Sequence record: OQ174507.1
Reading direction: 5' to 3' (one strand)
DNA: 64,000 nucleotides
Source of the DNA: Escherichia phage REP8
Under the pieces are notes generated by a model. That model saw nothing but the letters and a program-made list of their open reading frames with translations, was not told the DNA's origin and searched no databases. The translations under genes were made by a program, and so were the position numbers. Positions 16,903-35,775 of the stretch are shown here, piece after piece; position 1 is the stretch's first letter, and each line of letters starts with the position of its first letter.

Positions 16903-17384
16903 TGGTTAAAAGGGTTATTCACCCCGCTAGAGCAAAATTAGTCGGGGCTATGAAGAACTTGCAAACGGCTAATGCTCAAGTTGGGTATTTTCAAGAACAA
17001 GGTCAACATAGCTCTGGTTTTTCTTATCCTGCTTTAATGTATTTACAAGAAGTTATTGGTGTTCCTTCAGCTTCTGGTAAAGTATATCGTAGGTTGTTTG
17101 AAATCACTATGATGCTAAACAAACAGACCTTGTTAGAGCAGACTAAGAAGAATCTATATAAGCAACTTAGCAGTCTCAACACAGACCCTTCAGATACCTT
17201 AGAAGCATTTGCAAAGAATGCTCAAAAGGCAATTAAAAGAGGTTTTGGTAATTCTGCTATTCTCCCTCCTAACGCACCTTCCACAGTCAAGAAAAAAGGC
17301 TTTAATGCACCTCTTGTTGAGACAGGTGACTTAAGGGATAACCTTGCTTATAAAATTTCTACTAAGAAGGGTATTAAAAAATGA
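16902..17384 (+). CDS. head-tail joining protein (hypothetical)
   Basis: 160 aa, overlapping start. Confidence 0.3.
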   Translation: MVKRVIHPARAKLVGAMKNLQTANAQVGYFQEQGQHSSGFSYPALMYLQEVIGVPSASGKVYRRLFEITMMLNKQTLLEQTKKNLYKQLSSLNTDPSDTLEAFAKNAQKAIKRGFGNSAILPPNAPSTVKKKGFNAPLVETGDLRDNLAYKISTKKGIKK

Positions 17385-17782
17385 GACTCTTAAACAGACA
17401 CAGCTTTGTAGTAAAGCGTAAAGTCTCTGAAGACGGTTATTATAATGATGATGGTGATTGGGTATCTTCACAAGATATTGTAGAGGTTAACTGTAAAGGT
17501 AATATCCAGCCATATATCAAAGGTTCTGTAAAGAATGGTACACAGATTGCTTTACCAGAAGGTATTAGACTTACTGATACGAGAATCCTGTATACCACAT
17601 ATAAGCTTAGAACTTCAGATGATGTAGAGTGGAATGAGTCTGACATTGTTATGATTGATGGTCATGAGTATGAAGTATTTATGACTATGGATTGGTCACA
17701 GCAATTAGCCCATACGTCCCATTATGAATATATCATTATTAGAAGGGATAAAATGAATGCAGTTAGAAACAGCAGAACTTGA
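17381..17782 (+). CDS. head-tail joining protein (hypothetical)
   Basis: 133 aa, 4 nt overlap. Confidence 0.3.
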   Translation: MRLLNRHSFVVKRKVSEDGYYNDDGDWVSSQDIVEVNCKGNIQPYIKGSVKNGTQIALPEGIRLTDTRILYTTYKLRTSDDVEWNESDIVMIDGHEYEVFMTMDWSQQLAHTSHYEYIIIRRDKMNAVRNSRT

Positions 17783-18356
17783 AAAAGGTCTAGTTAGAAC
17801 CTTAGTGGATGTTATTGGTCACAGACTAGCTCGTGATAAAAATAATAGACCAAACGTAATTAGAGCTTACCCTTCTGATAACTCAAATGACAAAGGTTTA
17901 AAACCTGACCAGCCATTTATTACCGTATATTGTCAAGATGCTGCAACACCTTATGGTTGGGTTCTTGATAAGTTTGTTGAGGATGATGTAGTTTGCTACA
18001 GAATTGCTTTTCAGATTCCAGTGTTAATTACGGTGAATGGTAAAGGTGCTCACAGTATTATGCTTGAGCTTAAACAACGATTAGAGATGAGTTCAGTCAG
18101 AGATTTAATCCTTGAAGAAACAGGAGCTACAGTACTAGACACTGGAGCAATCCCGAATGATTACACTTATCTCAATACAGATTTCGAAAATTCTGCACCT
18201 CTTGTTGTAACTCTTGTAAAAAACTCAGTCCTGAAAGATGAACGTGGAAGTATTATTGAGCGTGTCATTGTTGATGGTGAGTTAGTTTATGGAGAAGGAC
18301 AAGAGCCACCAGAATATACTATCCATCTAGATGTAGACTCCAAAGGGGTAAAATAA
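17757..18356 (+). CDS. tail completion protein (hypothetical)
   Basis: 199 aa, position. Confidence 0.3.
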   Translation: MQLETAELEKGLVRTLVDVIGHRLARDKNNRPNVIRAYPSDNSNDKGLKPDQPFITVYCQDAATPYGWVLDKFVEDDVVCYRIAFQIPVLITVNGKGAHSIMLELKQRLEMSSVRDLILEETGATVLDTGAIPNDYTYLNTDFENSAPLVVTLVKNSVLKDERGSIIERVIVDGELVYGEGQEPPEYTIHLDVDSKGVK

Positions 18357-19709
18357 ATGTGGAATCCAATTGTTAATGTAGATATTACATTGAACACCGC
18401 AGGAACTACAAGAGAAGGTTTTGGTTTGCCACTATTCTTAGCTTCAACAGATAACTTTGAAGAAAGAGTGCGTGGTTACACTTCCTTAACTGAAGTTGCT
18501 GAAGATTTCGATGAGAGGTCTGCTGCATATAAGGCTGCTAAACAACTTTGGAGTCAGACTCCTAAAGTAACTCAGCTTTATATTGGTAGACGTGCTATGC
18601 AGTACACTGTATCAATTCCTGATGCCGTTACTGAAAGCACAGACTACTCAATTACTGTAGCTGTTGGCGGTGGAATCTCCCAACCATTCCAGTATACAGC
18701 ACAAAGCTCAGATACTGCTGAGGTAGTTTTGCAACAGTTTAAAACACAGATTGAAGCTGACCCAACAATCAAAGATAAGGTTTCTGTGAACGTAACTGGT
18801 AGTGCTGGTTCTGCCACAATGATTATTACTAAAGCTGGTGATAATGACTTTGTGAAAGTAACAACCACAGCAAAGACTGTATATATTGCAAGTACAACTG
18901 CCGATACAGCATCAACTGCTCTGGCAGCTATTGAAGCTTATTCTACTGACTGGTATTTCATTGCAGCGGAAGACAGAACTCAACAGTTTGTCTTAGCAAT
19001 GGCTTCTGAGATTCAGGCTCGTAAGAAAATCTTCTTTACTGCTAACTCTGATGTAACAGCCCTACAAGGTACAGAATTAGCCAGTGCAAATGATGTTCCA
19101 GCACAGCTTGCTAAGGGTATGTATACTCGCACAGTTTGCTTGTGGCATCACGCAGCAACTGAAGACTATCCAGAAATGGCATACATTGCTTATGGTGCTC
19201 CATACGATGCAGGTTCAATTGCTTGGGGTAATGCTCAGTTAACTGGTGTAGCAGCTTCTCTACAGCCAGCTAATAAGAGACCTCTGACAAGTATTCAGAA
19301 GTCAGCTTTAGATGCACGTCACTGTAACTTTATTGACCTCGATGGTGGTGTTCCAGTGGTTCGTAGAGGGATTACTTCTGGTGGGGAATGGATTGATATC
19401 ATCCGTGGTGTTGACTGGTTAGAATCAGACCTGAAAACTTCTCTGAGAGACTTGCTAATTAACCAGAAGGGTGGTAAGATTACTTATGATGATACTGGTA
19501 TTACCCGTATTCGTCAAGTCATTGAAACCTCTCTGCAAAGAGCAGTCAACAGAAACTTCCTGTCATCTTACACAGTTAATGTTCCTAAAGCCTCTCAAGT
19601 TGCTTTAGCAGACAAGAAAGCTCGTATCCTGAAAGATGTTACCTTCGCAGGTATCTTAGCAGGGGCTATCTTGGATGTTGACTTGAAAGGTACAGTGGCT
19701 TACGAATAA
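18357..19709 (+). CDS. probable tail sheath protein
   Basis: 450 aa ORF followed by a 148 aa ORF, two chaperone-sized ORFs and the tape measure gene. Confidence 0.45.
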   Translation: MWNPIVNVDITLNTAGTTREGFGLPLFLASTDNFEERVRGYTSLTEVAEDFDERSAAYKAAKQLWSQTPKVTQLYIGRRAMQYTVSIPDAVTESTDYSITVAVGGGISQPFQYTAQSSDTAEVVLQQFKTQIEADPTIKDKVSVNVTGSAGSATMIITKAGDNDFVKVTTTAKTVYIASTTADTASTALAAIEAYSTDWYFIAAEDRTQQFVLAMASEIQARKKIFFTANSDVTALQGTELASANDVPAQLAKGMYTRTVCLWHHAATEDYPEMAYIAYGAPYDAGSIAWGNAQLTGVAASLQPANKRPLTSIQKSALDARHCNFIDLDGGVPVVRRGITSGGEWIDIIRGVDWLESDLKTSLRDLLINQKGGKITYDDTGITRIRQVIETSLQRAVNRNFLSSYTVNVPKASQVALADKKARILKDVTFAGILAGAILDVDLKGTVAYE

Positions 19710-19724
19710 TAGAGGTAAATTGGA

Positions 19725-20171
19725 ATGGCTATGTATCAGCAATATTCCCCTAAAGACGTTGTATGTAGCTGGAATGGTATTGCCATTGAAGGCTTTGCTC
19801 CAGATTCATTCTTACGTCTACAGAGAACATCACCACTTATCACACCAGTTGTAGGTGCGGGTGGTCAGGTTGCTCTGACAAGAAATGCAGACAAGACAGG
19901 TACTATTGAGATTGAGCTAATGCAGACTTCTCTCTCTAACCAGATGCTTTCTGCAATTCAAGCTAAACAAGACAATATGGAACTTGAAGAAGATATCTCT
20001 TCTAACTTCGTAATCTACGACCCATCAGGCTCTGTTCTGGCAACTGGTATTAACGCTTGGTTGCAGGAATTACCACAGATTGAACTTGGTCGTGACCAGA
20101 ACTCTAAAACTTGGATTTTTGGTTGTGAGAAGCTAGACTACACTTCTACAATTCCAGCGTCAAGTGTTTAA
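19725..20171 (+). CDS. probable tail tube protein
   Basis: 148 aa, position after sheath; terminator downstream. Confidence 0.45.
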   Translation: MAMYQQYSPKDVVCSWNGIAIEGFAPDSFLRLQRTSPLITPVVGAGGQVALTRNADKTGTIEIELMQTSLSNQMLSAIQAKQDNMELEEDISSNFVIYDPSGSVLATGINAWLQELPQIELGRDQNSKTWIFGCEKLDYTSTIPASSV

Positions 20172-20183
20172 TATATCCTATAA

Positions 20184-20216
20184 GGGGGAGACTTTAAAAG
20201 GTCTTCCCCTTTTTTG
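20184..20216 (+). terminator. rho-independent terminator
   Basis: GGGGAGAC-TTTAAAAG-GTCTTCCCC followed by TTTTTTG. Confidence 0.6.
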
Positions 20217-20243
20217 TTTCTTTTAAAGTATTAAGGAATCACA

Positions 20244-20642
20244 ATGAAAACAGAATCTAGAGTAATTAATGGTAAGAAAGTAAATATCATTCTGCTTGGG
20301 GCAAGAGATGGTATTAAGATGTCTATGAAGTTGGGTAAAATTGTTGTTCCAACTTTTGCACAGATGCTATCAAGTCTGACTGATAAAGGTAAGAAAGAAG
20401 TTCCAATGGTTCCATTTAAAGAACTTGTTGAAGCTTGTTTTGACAGAATTGAAGAAATCAACCTTGAAGAAATGGCTACCCTGTTATTTCAAGGGGCAAC
20501 TGTTGATGACTTCCCACTTAATATTGATACATACTTCCAAGCAAACTATGGTGAATTTATTGATTACTTAGCATTTGCGCTGGAGGCAAACTTCGGAAGT
20601 TTTTTCGAAGCAAGCATTTTCAAAAGCCTAACTTCTCAGTAA
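20244..20642 (+). CDS. tail assembly chaperone (hypothetical)
   Basis: 132 aa ORF before tape measure. Confidence 0.35.
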   Translation: MKTESRVINGKKVNIILLGARDGIKMSMKLGKIVVPTFAQMLSSLTDKGKKEVPMVPFKELVEACFDRIEEINLEEMATLLFQGATVDDFPLNIDTYFQANYGEFIDYLAFALEANFGSFFEASIFKSLTSQ

Positions 20643-20644
20643 AC

Positions 20645-20883
20645 ATGGGTAACACTCTACAGACACCACTAACTGATGCTGCTGTAGAGTCAACCTATGA
20701 AGAAGCAGACGAGATGAAATTTGTGCTTGCTATTTATGGTATGGAAGGGTGTAAAGAAACACTTGACCAACTCTTTGCTATGACATTCTCTGATTTATTA
20801 TCATTGAGACAATTTCTTGAAATTCAGAGGTCGTATAAAGAGGAAATTGCTTACAACGAACTTAGAAGAGCAGGAAAAATGTA

Positions 20884-20884
<1 letters not shown>
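20645..20884 (+). CDS. tail assembly protein (hypothetical)
   Basis: 79 aa ORF before tape measure. Confidence 0.3.
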
Positions 20885-28921
<8,037 letters not shown>

Positions 28922-28923
28922 TA

Positions 28924-30096
28924 ATGGCAGTAGGTGAAATTCAAATTAGTGCCTTGCCTCAAGCAGCCTTACCAATTGACCTTAGTGATATCTTCCATCT
29001 TAAGCAGGGTATTGAGGATAAGAGATGCACTCTTGAGCAATTACTTGCTCCACACTCAAGCCTAAGAAATAACCCACATGGTGTTACTAAAACACAAATT
29101 GGTTTAGATAATGTTATTAATGCTCTTCAGTTAGTCGCTGCAAATAACTTATCAGATATTGTTAATGTAGCTGAGGCAAGAGCAAATCTACAGATTATGT
29201 CTTCAGAAGAGGTTAATAGTCTTGTTCAACAGCATATTAATGATAAGAGTAACCCGCACAATACAACTAAGGCACAGGTAGGGTTGAGTAATGTTCAGAA
29301 CTGGACAACATCTAACCTTTATAACGAGGATGCAGATAAGTATGCTACAGCAAGAGCAGTAAATAACTTGTACAAGGCTGTTCAGGCTTCCTATCCAGTA
29401 GGTACTATCCATCTTTCCATGAACTCTGCAAACCCTTCTACATATTTAATTTGTGGAGGAACTTGGGAGTTGGTTTCAAAAGGTAGGGCATTGGTTGGTT
29501 ATGCCTCTGATGCAAGACCAGCAGGTTCTGTATTTGGTGCTTCAACTGTCACTTTGTCAGTTAATAATATGCCTCAACACTCCCACTCTGTATCACTTAG
29601 TGGTGGTGGCCACACTCATAATGCAACTGTGTCAATCTCAGCTTTTGACTATGGAACTAAGACTACCAACTCTTTTGACTATGGAACAAAAGCTACTAAC
29701 ACAACTGGCAACCATACACACAATGTATCAGGTAACACAAGCACAAATGGTACTCACAACCATGATGTGTATCCTAGAGAAAATGATGGTACTGGTAATG
29801 CTGTAGCTGACTCTGATGGTGGTGGAGCATGGAGAACATCAAGAACTTCTAGTGATGGTGCACACTCACACAGTTTTAACGTCACATCTGGTGCATCAGG
29901 TGACCACAGCCACACGGTTGGTATTGGTGCTCACAGTCATACTGTTGGTATTGGCTCACATACACACAATGGTACTGTGGCAGTTTCTTCTTCTGAGCAT
30001 ACACATAGTGGTAACACAAATAGTGTTGGTGGAGGTCAGGCTGTGAATATTGAGCAGCCATCCTTCGTCCTGTATGTATGGCAGAGAACAGCTTAA
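28924..30096 (+). CDS. tail fibre protein with His-x-His-rich C-terminal domain
   Basis: 390 aa; repeated HSHS/HTHN/GAHSHTVGIG motifs in the C-terminal third; ends ...WQRTA; terminator downstream. Confidence 0.55.
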   Translation: MAVGEIQISALPQAALPIDLSDIFHLKQGIEDKRCTLEQLLAPHSSLRNNPHGVTKTQIGLDNVINALQLVAANNLSDIVNVAEARANLQIMSSEEVNSLVQQHINDKSNPHNTTKAQVGLSNVQNWTTSNLYNEDADKYATARAVNNLYKAVQASYPVGTIHLSMNSANPSTYLICGGTWELVSKGRALVGYASDARPAGSVFGASTVTLSVNNMPQHSHSVSLSGGGHTHNATVSISAFDYGTKTTNSFDYGTKATNTTGNHTHNVSGNTSTNGTHNHDVYPRENDGTGNAVADSDGGGAWRTSRTSSDGAHSHSFNVTSGASGDHSHTVGIGAHSHTVGIGSHTHNGTVAVSSSEHTHSGNTNSVGGGQAVNIEQPSFVLYVWQRTA

Positions 30097-30105
30097 TTTC
30101 TTTAC

Positions 30106-30126
30106 AGGGGCTTGATAGCCCCTTTT
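30106..30126 (+). terminator. rho-independent terminator
   Basis: GGGGCT-TGAT-AGCCCC followed by TTTT. Confidence 0.5.
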
Positions 30127-30142
30127 AAGAGGAAAATTTATA

Positions 30143-32500
30143 ATGGCAGATTACAAGTTGAGTGAATTAAACTCAATCGATACAATCCGTTCAGATGACC
30201 TTCTTCATGTCAGGGTTAAAAAGAGACCTGAAATGCTAGGTGATGAAGACCGTCGAATGACCTATCAAGATTTCTTAGCATCTTTTAAGCTTGAAAGATT
30301 TGTTCAGATTGCTGGTAGTACTATGACGGGTGACTTAGGGATTGTTAAGTTACTTTATGGTGGTAAGGCAGTCTTTGACCCAACAGGCTCTTCTGAGGTT
30401 ACTATTGGGGATGTTTTAAAGACTTTTAAAATCAACGCAAATGGTCTTAGACTAACTATTGCAGATGCTTCAAGGTCAGCAACTGTTTATCATACTCTGA
30501 ATAAACCAAGTCCTAATGAACTTGGGATGAGAACTAATGAAGAGAATGATGCAAGATATGCAAGACTTGCTGTTACAAACTCATTCCAAGCTAAACAGAG
30601 TGTCGTAGCAAATGGTGAGCAGTTGACACTGAAGACCCCTGCGGGTGCAAGTGAGGCATACTCCGCTATTGTAGGTCGAAATGCCAATAATGATAAAACT
30701 TGGGCTGTTGGTAATCTAACTCAAGGAAGTCTTGATGTTCATCTCGAAAATAGCAGAGGTTCAAGAATCACTCTAGGTGCAATTGTGTCTGTTAATAAGG
30801 CTCTTGCTATTACTGGTCAGGTTAAACCCTCTGATTGGTCTAACTTAGATGCTAGATACTTTACTCAGACAGCAGCTAATCAGAGATTTGCACAGTTAAC
30901 TACGAATAACACTTTCACAGGCGCTAATACATTTAGGGATATGCGTGTTATCTCGAATTCTGCTGCTGTTACACTACAATGTGCATCAGCAAATGAATCA
31001 TTTTATCTACTTGGAAAAGATTATCAAGGTGGTAACTCATGGTTTATTGGTAGAGGTAGTTCTGGAACAGAGGTTACACTCTATAACTATGTTAGTGATA
31101 CATCTTTAGTGTTGTCTGAGACGGCAAGATTTAATAAGTCTGTAGAAATCACTGGTCAAGTACAACCTTCTAATTGGACTAACATTGATTCAAGGTATGT
31201 TCCGAGTTCTCTGACAAGAGTTCTTGCAAGGACTGATTTAACTAATACTTTCACTAAAGCACAGATTATCTCTACTAGCAACGGCAACCTTTTTAGACTA
31301 CAGACAACAGTACAAGATTCTGAACTCTACATGTCTGCACATAATGCTGATGGGAACAGGAGATGGTGGTTGGGTATTGGTGGTGCTGGTCAAACCACAG
31401 TGGCACTTACCAATGATGTAACAAAAAAGTCAATCAATCTTGGTACTAATTTAGATGTGAATACACATGTGAATATTGTTGGGCAAGTAAGACCAAGTGA
31501 TTTCTCTAACTTAGACGATAGATACTACACCCAATCTGCCGCAAACTCTAGGTATATGCTTGCAGGTTATACTGGTGGAGCTTCAGAAGCAGATGGTAGT
31601 GATGGTGTTGCATGGAATGCAAAAACAGGATTATACACTGTCTCCAACGCAGCTAAGACGTATACTTACCTTGTGTATAACATGTTTTCGGGGGATGGTT
31701 CCACACCATCTGCACAATTAAAATTTCAGTTTCAAAATGGTGGGATGTGGTATAGGACATCAAGAGATGCCCATGGCTTCGAAGATAACTGGTCTAAAGT
31801 TTACACGGAAGCACAAAAACCAAAACCTTCAGATATTGGTGCATACTCTAAAGCAGAAACTGACCAGAAGATTGCACAGGCAATTAGTGACTCTACAGAC
31901 CTTAACAAAATCTATCCAGTAGGCATTGTAACGTGGTTTAACAGTAATGTTGACCCTAATACAGCACTTCCTGGGTTAACTTGGACGTACCTGAACAATG
32001 GTGTTGGTAGAACTATCAGAATTGCAGCAGCAAACGGTTCAGATGTTGCTACAACTGGTGGTTCAGATTCTGTGACGTTAGCTGTTGGTAACTTACCATC
32101 ACACACCCATAGTTTCTCTGCTACCACTTCATCTTTTGATTATGGTACGAAGGGAACTAACAGTACGGGTGGGCACACTCACTCTGGTAGTGGTTCTACT
32201 AGCACAAATGGTGAGCACACTCACTACATTGAGGCGTGGAATGGTACTGGTAGAGGTGGTGATAAGATGTCATCATATGCCGTATCATACAGGACGGGTG
32301 GGAGTTATACTAATGCAGCAGGGAACCACAGTCATACTTTCTCTTTTGGGACTAGCGGTGCTGGCGACCATTCCCACTCTGTAGGCATTGGTGCTCACAG
32401 CCACACAGTTAGTGGTAACACTGGTGGTACAGGTTCTGGTTCAGCATTTAGTGTTACTAACCAGTTCTACAAGCTAATGGCTTGGGTGAGAACTGCTTAA
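30143..32500 (+). CDS. long tail fibre protein with His-x-His-rich C-terminal domain
   Basis: 785 aa; C-terminus repeats the HxH motifs of 28924..30096 (GGHTHSGSG...GAHSHTVSG) and ends ...WVRTA. Confidence 0.55.
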   Translation: MADYKLSELNSIDTIRSDDLLHVRVKKRPEMLGDEDRRMTYQDFLASFKLERFVQIAGSTMTGDLGIVKLLYGGKAVFDPTGSSEVTIGDVLKTFKINANGLRLTIADASRSATVYHTLNKPSPNELGMRTNEENDARYARLAVTNSFQAKQSVVANGEQLTLKTPAGASEAYSAIVGRNANNDKTWAVGNLTQGSLDVHLENSRGSRITLGAIVSVNKALAITGQVKPSDWSNLDARYFTQTAANQRFAQLTTNNTFTGANTFRDMRVISNSAAVTLQCASANESFYLLGKDYQGGNSWFIGRGSSGTEVTLYNYVSDTSLVLSETARFNKSVEITGQVQPSNWTNIDSRYVPSSLTRVLARTDLTNTFTKAQIISTSNGNLFRLQTTVQDSELYMSAHNADGNRRWWLGIGGAGQTTVALTNDVTKKSINLGTNLDVNTHVNIVGQVRPSDFSNLDDRYYTQSAANSRYMLAGYTGGASEADGSDGVAWNAKTGLYTVSNAAKTYTYLVYNMFSGDGSTPSAQLKFQFQNGGMWYRTSRDAHGFEDNWSKVYTEAQKPKPSDIGAYSKAETDQKIAQAISDSTDLNKIYPVGIVTWFNSNVDPNTALPGLTWTYLNNGVGRTIRIAAANGSDVATTGGSDSVTLAVGNLPSHTHSFSATTSSFDYGTKGTNSTGGHTHSGSGSTSTNGEHTHYIEAWNGTGRGGDKMSSYAVSYRTGGSYTNAAGNHSHTFSFGTSGAGDHSHSVGIGAHSHTVSGNTGGTGSGSAFSVTNQFYKLMAWVRTA

Positions 32501-32578
32501 TCCCTTGTTGACTGATTGTTAAGATGGTGTTAATATTCTTTAGGGTATTCTCACCATCTTGGCTGATGAGGTGATTAA

Positions 32579-32773
32579 ATGCCTACAATCCTAGCAATTC
32601 TTCTAAAAAATCTAGGTAGCTTCTTCTGGAAACTCATTTTATCCCTTCTAAGTGAATACATGATTGAGAAAGTGTTCTTTAAGCTTGCAAGATACCTTGC
32701 GAGTAAAACAGACACACCTATTGATGATGAGTTCGTAGATAACTTAGAAAAAGCTTTTAAGGGGGAGAAGTAA
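32579..32773 (+). CDS. small membrane protein (possible lysis-related)
   Basis: 64 aa, hydrophobic N-terminus, located after tail fibres. Confidence 0.3.
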   Translation: MPTILAILLKNLGSFFWKLILSLLSEYMIEKVFFKLARYLASKTDTPIDDEFVDNLEKAFKGEK

Positions 32774-33145
32774 ATGAAGTGGTTAGAGGAAGCTTTTAAA
32801 AATAATATTGGTGCAATTGTAGTTGGTATTTTTAGTGTTATCGGGATGTATACCACGATGCAAGTGTCAAGTGGTAAACAAGAGGTGTCTGTCAAAACAA
32901 AGTTACAACAGTTGGATAATTACACAAGTAGCAACTATTCAGCTATTCGTGATTTACAGTCTGACATGAGACTTATTCAGTTAGGGATGGAGAACCAGAA
33001 AGTTCAGTTAGAGAATGTTAAGGGTGAAAACGCAAAACTTACCAAAACTCTTGATAAATTCTCTGACAGTGTGAACAATCTGGCTCAATCAGTATCAGCC
33101 CTCCAAGCTATTACTGAAAAGAACACAAAGAATACTGAAAAATAA
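32774..33145 (+). CDS. membrane-anchored coiled-coil protein (possible lysis-related)
   Basis: 123 aa, one predicted TM helix then coiled coil. Confidence 0.3.
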   Translation: MKWLEEAFKNNIGAIVVGIFSVIGMYTTMQVSSGKQEVSVKTKLQQLDNYTSSNYSAIRDLQSDMRLIQLGMENQKVQLENVKGENAKLTKTLDKFSDSVNNLAQSVSALQAITEKNTKNTEK

Positions 33146-33151
33146 AGTTTA

Positions 33152-33180
33152 AGGCTCCTTTTTACGGGAGCCTTTTTTGT
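33152..33180. terminator. bidirectional terminator between convergent genes
   Basis: GGCTCC-TTTTTACG-GGAGCC flanked by T-run on plus and A-run (T-run on minus). Confidence 0.55.
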
Positions 33181-33181
33181 T

Positions 33182-34081
33182 TTATTTACCTACTGACAAA
33201 GGTGCTTCAATCTTTCCTGCATGTTGATAGTTGCTAATACCACCGATAAAGTCACTTGCAGTAAGATGTTTTAAGTCACTTAAAGTGTTAAGCTGTACAC
33301 CAATCTCAAAAGTGGGTGCATGGAACTCTTCATTGTTCATCAGTTCATAAACCTGTTTCATATGGTTCTGATAAATCTGAGTATCTCCAAAGACACCTAT
33401 CAAGTACCGTGGAGTGTATCCAGTCATCTTACAAAGAACTTCTAAGATGAAACCATAAGACGCAATATTAAACGGAAGTCCTAAAAAGGTGTCTACTGAA
33501 CGCTGATACCATTGCAAATCCACTTCACCCTCGTTAGTGATGTAAATCTGAAACAGAACATGACAAGGTGCTAAAGCCATCGAGTTGGCTGCAATATCTG
33601 CTGCATTCCAAGCATTAACAAGCATGTAACGGTCTGTGATATCACCTTTCATCTTCGTTACTAAGGTCTCTAACTGGTCTACAACACAACCGTTATGACC
33701 TTCAAAGTTTCTCCACTGAACCCCGTAGATTCTCCCACCTGCATCTTCTAACCAGTCTTGTTCAGAAGAATAATTAGAGCTTAACCAGCGTTTAAAATCA
33801 TCTGACCAGATTGTCCAACGTTCTCCGTCATTTTCACCCCAAGTACGATAACGGAGTTCACCCAGCTTATTCTCGCCATTCAGGAACCATAAAGCTTCCC
33901 CAATAACTTGCCGTGTAAACACCTGTTTAGATGTTAAGAGCGGGAAACCAGTTCGCATATCAAAACGAAACTGAGGTGGAGCAAATGCAGAGATGACATC
34001 TCCAGTTCGTGTAGTACGCAGTTCACCAACTGATAAAACATGGTTCAGGATATTTTTGTAACTCAAATCAGCTTGTGACAT
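33182..34081 (-). CDS. thyA: thymidylate synthase
   Basis: 299 aa; active-site region MALAPCHVLFQIY and LPFNIASYGFIL...GDTQIY. Confidence 0.75.
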   Translation of the reverse strand: MSQADLSYKNILNHVLSVGELRTTRTGDVISAFAPPQFRFDMRTGFPLLTSKQVFTRQVIGEALWFLNGENKLGELRYRTWGENDGERWTIWSDDFKRWLSSNYSSEQDWLEDAGGRIYGVQWRNFEGHNGCVVDQLETLVTKMKGDITDRYMLVNAWNAADIAANSMALAPCHVLFQIYITNEGEVDLQWYQRSVDTFLGLPFNIASYGFILEVLCKMTGYTPRYLIGVFGDTQIYQNHMKQVYELMNNEEFHAPTFEIGVQLNTLSDLKHLTASDFIGGISNYQHAGKIEAPLSVGK

Positions 34082-34082
34082 A

Positions 34083-34628
34083 TCAAAAGTGTCCTTTTAC
34101 TTGTGGAACATAAATCTCAAAGGTTGCTTTACCATCATCTGAGGGTCTTGACTGCACCTTTGCAAATACACGGCTATCATACAGCTTCTCAAAGAAGTTT
34201 TCAAAAGGTAAATACACAGTGGCCTCTTCAGTAACTTTATGGAAAACTGTATGGAAAACTACACCAGCATACGGCAAAGCATTGACAAGAACACCTGCAC
34301 CACCAATTACAAAGACATCTTCATCAATAGAGCTATCAAGATACTTCAAAAATGCTCCAAATGACTCTTTACTGGCTTTAGCATACATTACATCATCTTT
34401 GCCAAAGTCTATGCCTAAGTATGGTACAGAATTTGTTAAGATGAGGTTTGCACGTTCTGGTAAAGGTTTACTACCCAGAGTCTTAAAAGTCTCATTACCC
34501 ATAACTACTAAGTTGTCTTTAGTGAGTCTCTTAAACTCTTTCATATCTTGCTTATGTCGAGGCCACGGCATACCAGTTGGAGTACCGAACTCCCCATTTT
34601 CACCACTTGCAAAGATTAATTTAATCAT
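34083..34628 (-). CDS. dihydrofolate reductase
   Basis: 181 aa; N-terminal LIFASGENGEFG...MPW pattern; adjacent to thyA. Confidence 0.6.
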   Translation of the reverse strand: MIKLIFASGENGEFGTPTGMPWPRHKQDMKEFKRLTKDNLVVMGNETFKTLGSKPLPERANLILTNSVPYLGIDFGKDDVMYAKASKESFGAFLKYLDSSIDEDVFVIGGAGVLVNALPYAGVVFHTVFHKVTEEATVYLPFENFFEKLYDSRVFAKVQSRPSDDGKATFEIYVPQVKGHF

Positions 34629-34885
34629 TTTGTAAACCTTTTCTTAATGAACCAGTTGATAACATTCTTCACAGATTTATTGCTATGGTAGATTAAGTGC
34701 GGCGTGGGTTGGTATGAACCATAAGCCCAGAAAGCGATAATTTCATTACACCCTGTGCATCGGGTACTTTCTTCAGTAATATGACCGTTGACTATTTCAC
34801 TTACCTCACCTTGTAAGTCTGTACACCCACAATGTGGACATCGGATAGGTGTCCCATCAGACTCATAGCAGTGTTCAATTTTCAT
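34625..34885 (-). CDS. zinc-ribbon protein
   Basis: 86 aa with CPHCGC and CTGCNE cysteine pairs. Confidence 0.4.
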   Translation of the reverse strand: MKIEHCYESDGTPIRCPHCGCTDLQGEVSEIVNGHITEESTRCTGCNEIIAFWAYGSYQPTPHLIYHSNKSVKNVINWFIKKRFTK

Positions 34886-35401
34886 CTATTTAACCTCAAA
34901 AACTGGTTCAAGAACCAATATAAAGTCTACACAGTCATCTTCTTCATCCAGAATACCATCAAAGTTCTTAGGAACGAAGTCGAAGAGGCTCATCACAAAG
35001 CAGTCAGAAGTGACCTTGATAGTTCCTCCCATGTTCTCTACAGTCAACACTGTACGACTTTCTTTTACCTCCCTCAGAAGATTACCCACAAAGTCATCTA
35101 AGAAATACTTCATCAGTGACTTGAAACCTTTAGGGTAATCTGTACCAGAGTATGTTTCAATCTGAGGAACAAGTTTAACATTTATACTAGTCTTTGTTAA
35201 GAACGTTTTAGAGAACATACTATCAGGTAGCTTACAAACAGTCTTTCCAGTACCTTCATGTTCAATCTCAACAAAACCAGCTTCATCGCCACATGTAACT
35301 ATTTTAAAAGATGCTTCATTCTCATACTGTGAAGCCATAAACTTTTTAAGCATCACTTTAAGGAAATCTGCATGAGCATCTTGTAAGTAGATATCAATCA
35401 T
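34886..35401 (-). CDS. hypothetical protein
   Basis: 171 aa. Confidence 0.35.
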   Translation of the reverse strand: MIDIYLQDAHADFLKVMLKKFMASQYENEASFKIVTCGDEAGFVEIEHEGTGKTVCKLPDSMFSKTFLTKTSINVKLVPQIETYSGTDYPKGFKSLMKYFLDDFVGNLLREVKESRTVLTVENMGGTIKVTSDCFVMSLFDFVPKNFDGILDEEDDCVDFILVLEPVFEVK

Positions 35402-35414
35402 AGTTAATCACCTA

Positions 35415-35774
35415 TTATGGGAACAGACACTTAATGTCATCATTTTTGAAAACAAAACTTGTGTAGTTATGACCGTCAACATCCAGCCAAACAGCCTGAA
35501 CATCCACACCATCAAGATTCTGGTAAAGCTCTTTGATGAAGTGGTCTTTCACAACCTGACTGCTAGTTGTTTCCAGCTTAATGTTTGAGATTGCTGAGCC
35601 TACAGCCATATAGCCCATGACACGTTTCTTCTCAGTGTGCTTAATCTTACCATCTTTGTAAGCCATAATGAGATTGGAAAGAATCTTCACACCGTAGTAC
35701 TTTTCAAGGTGAGTTGGTACGCCATAAAAGCCTAATGCGAAGTTTTCAGAGTGGATAATGTTTTCACGTTTCAT
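35415..35774 (-). CDS. hypothetical protein
   Basis: 119 aa. Confidence 0.35.
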   Translation of the reverse strand: MKRENIIHSENFALGFYGVPTHLEKYYGVKILSNLIMAYKDGKIKHTEKKRVMGYMAVGSAISNIKLETTSSQVVKDHFIKELYQNLDGVDVQAVWLDVDGHNYTSFVFKNDDIKCLFP

Positions 35775-35775
35775 A

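Noticed and set aside
29453-32384. Alternate-frame ORFs in the tail-fibre genes (29453..29806, 29816..30046, 32085..32384, 31737..31922)
   Set aside because: Produced by repetitive CAC/CAT/GGT codons of the His-x-His region read out of frame; no independent start signals.
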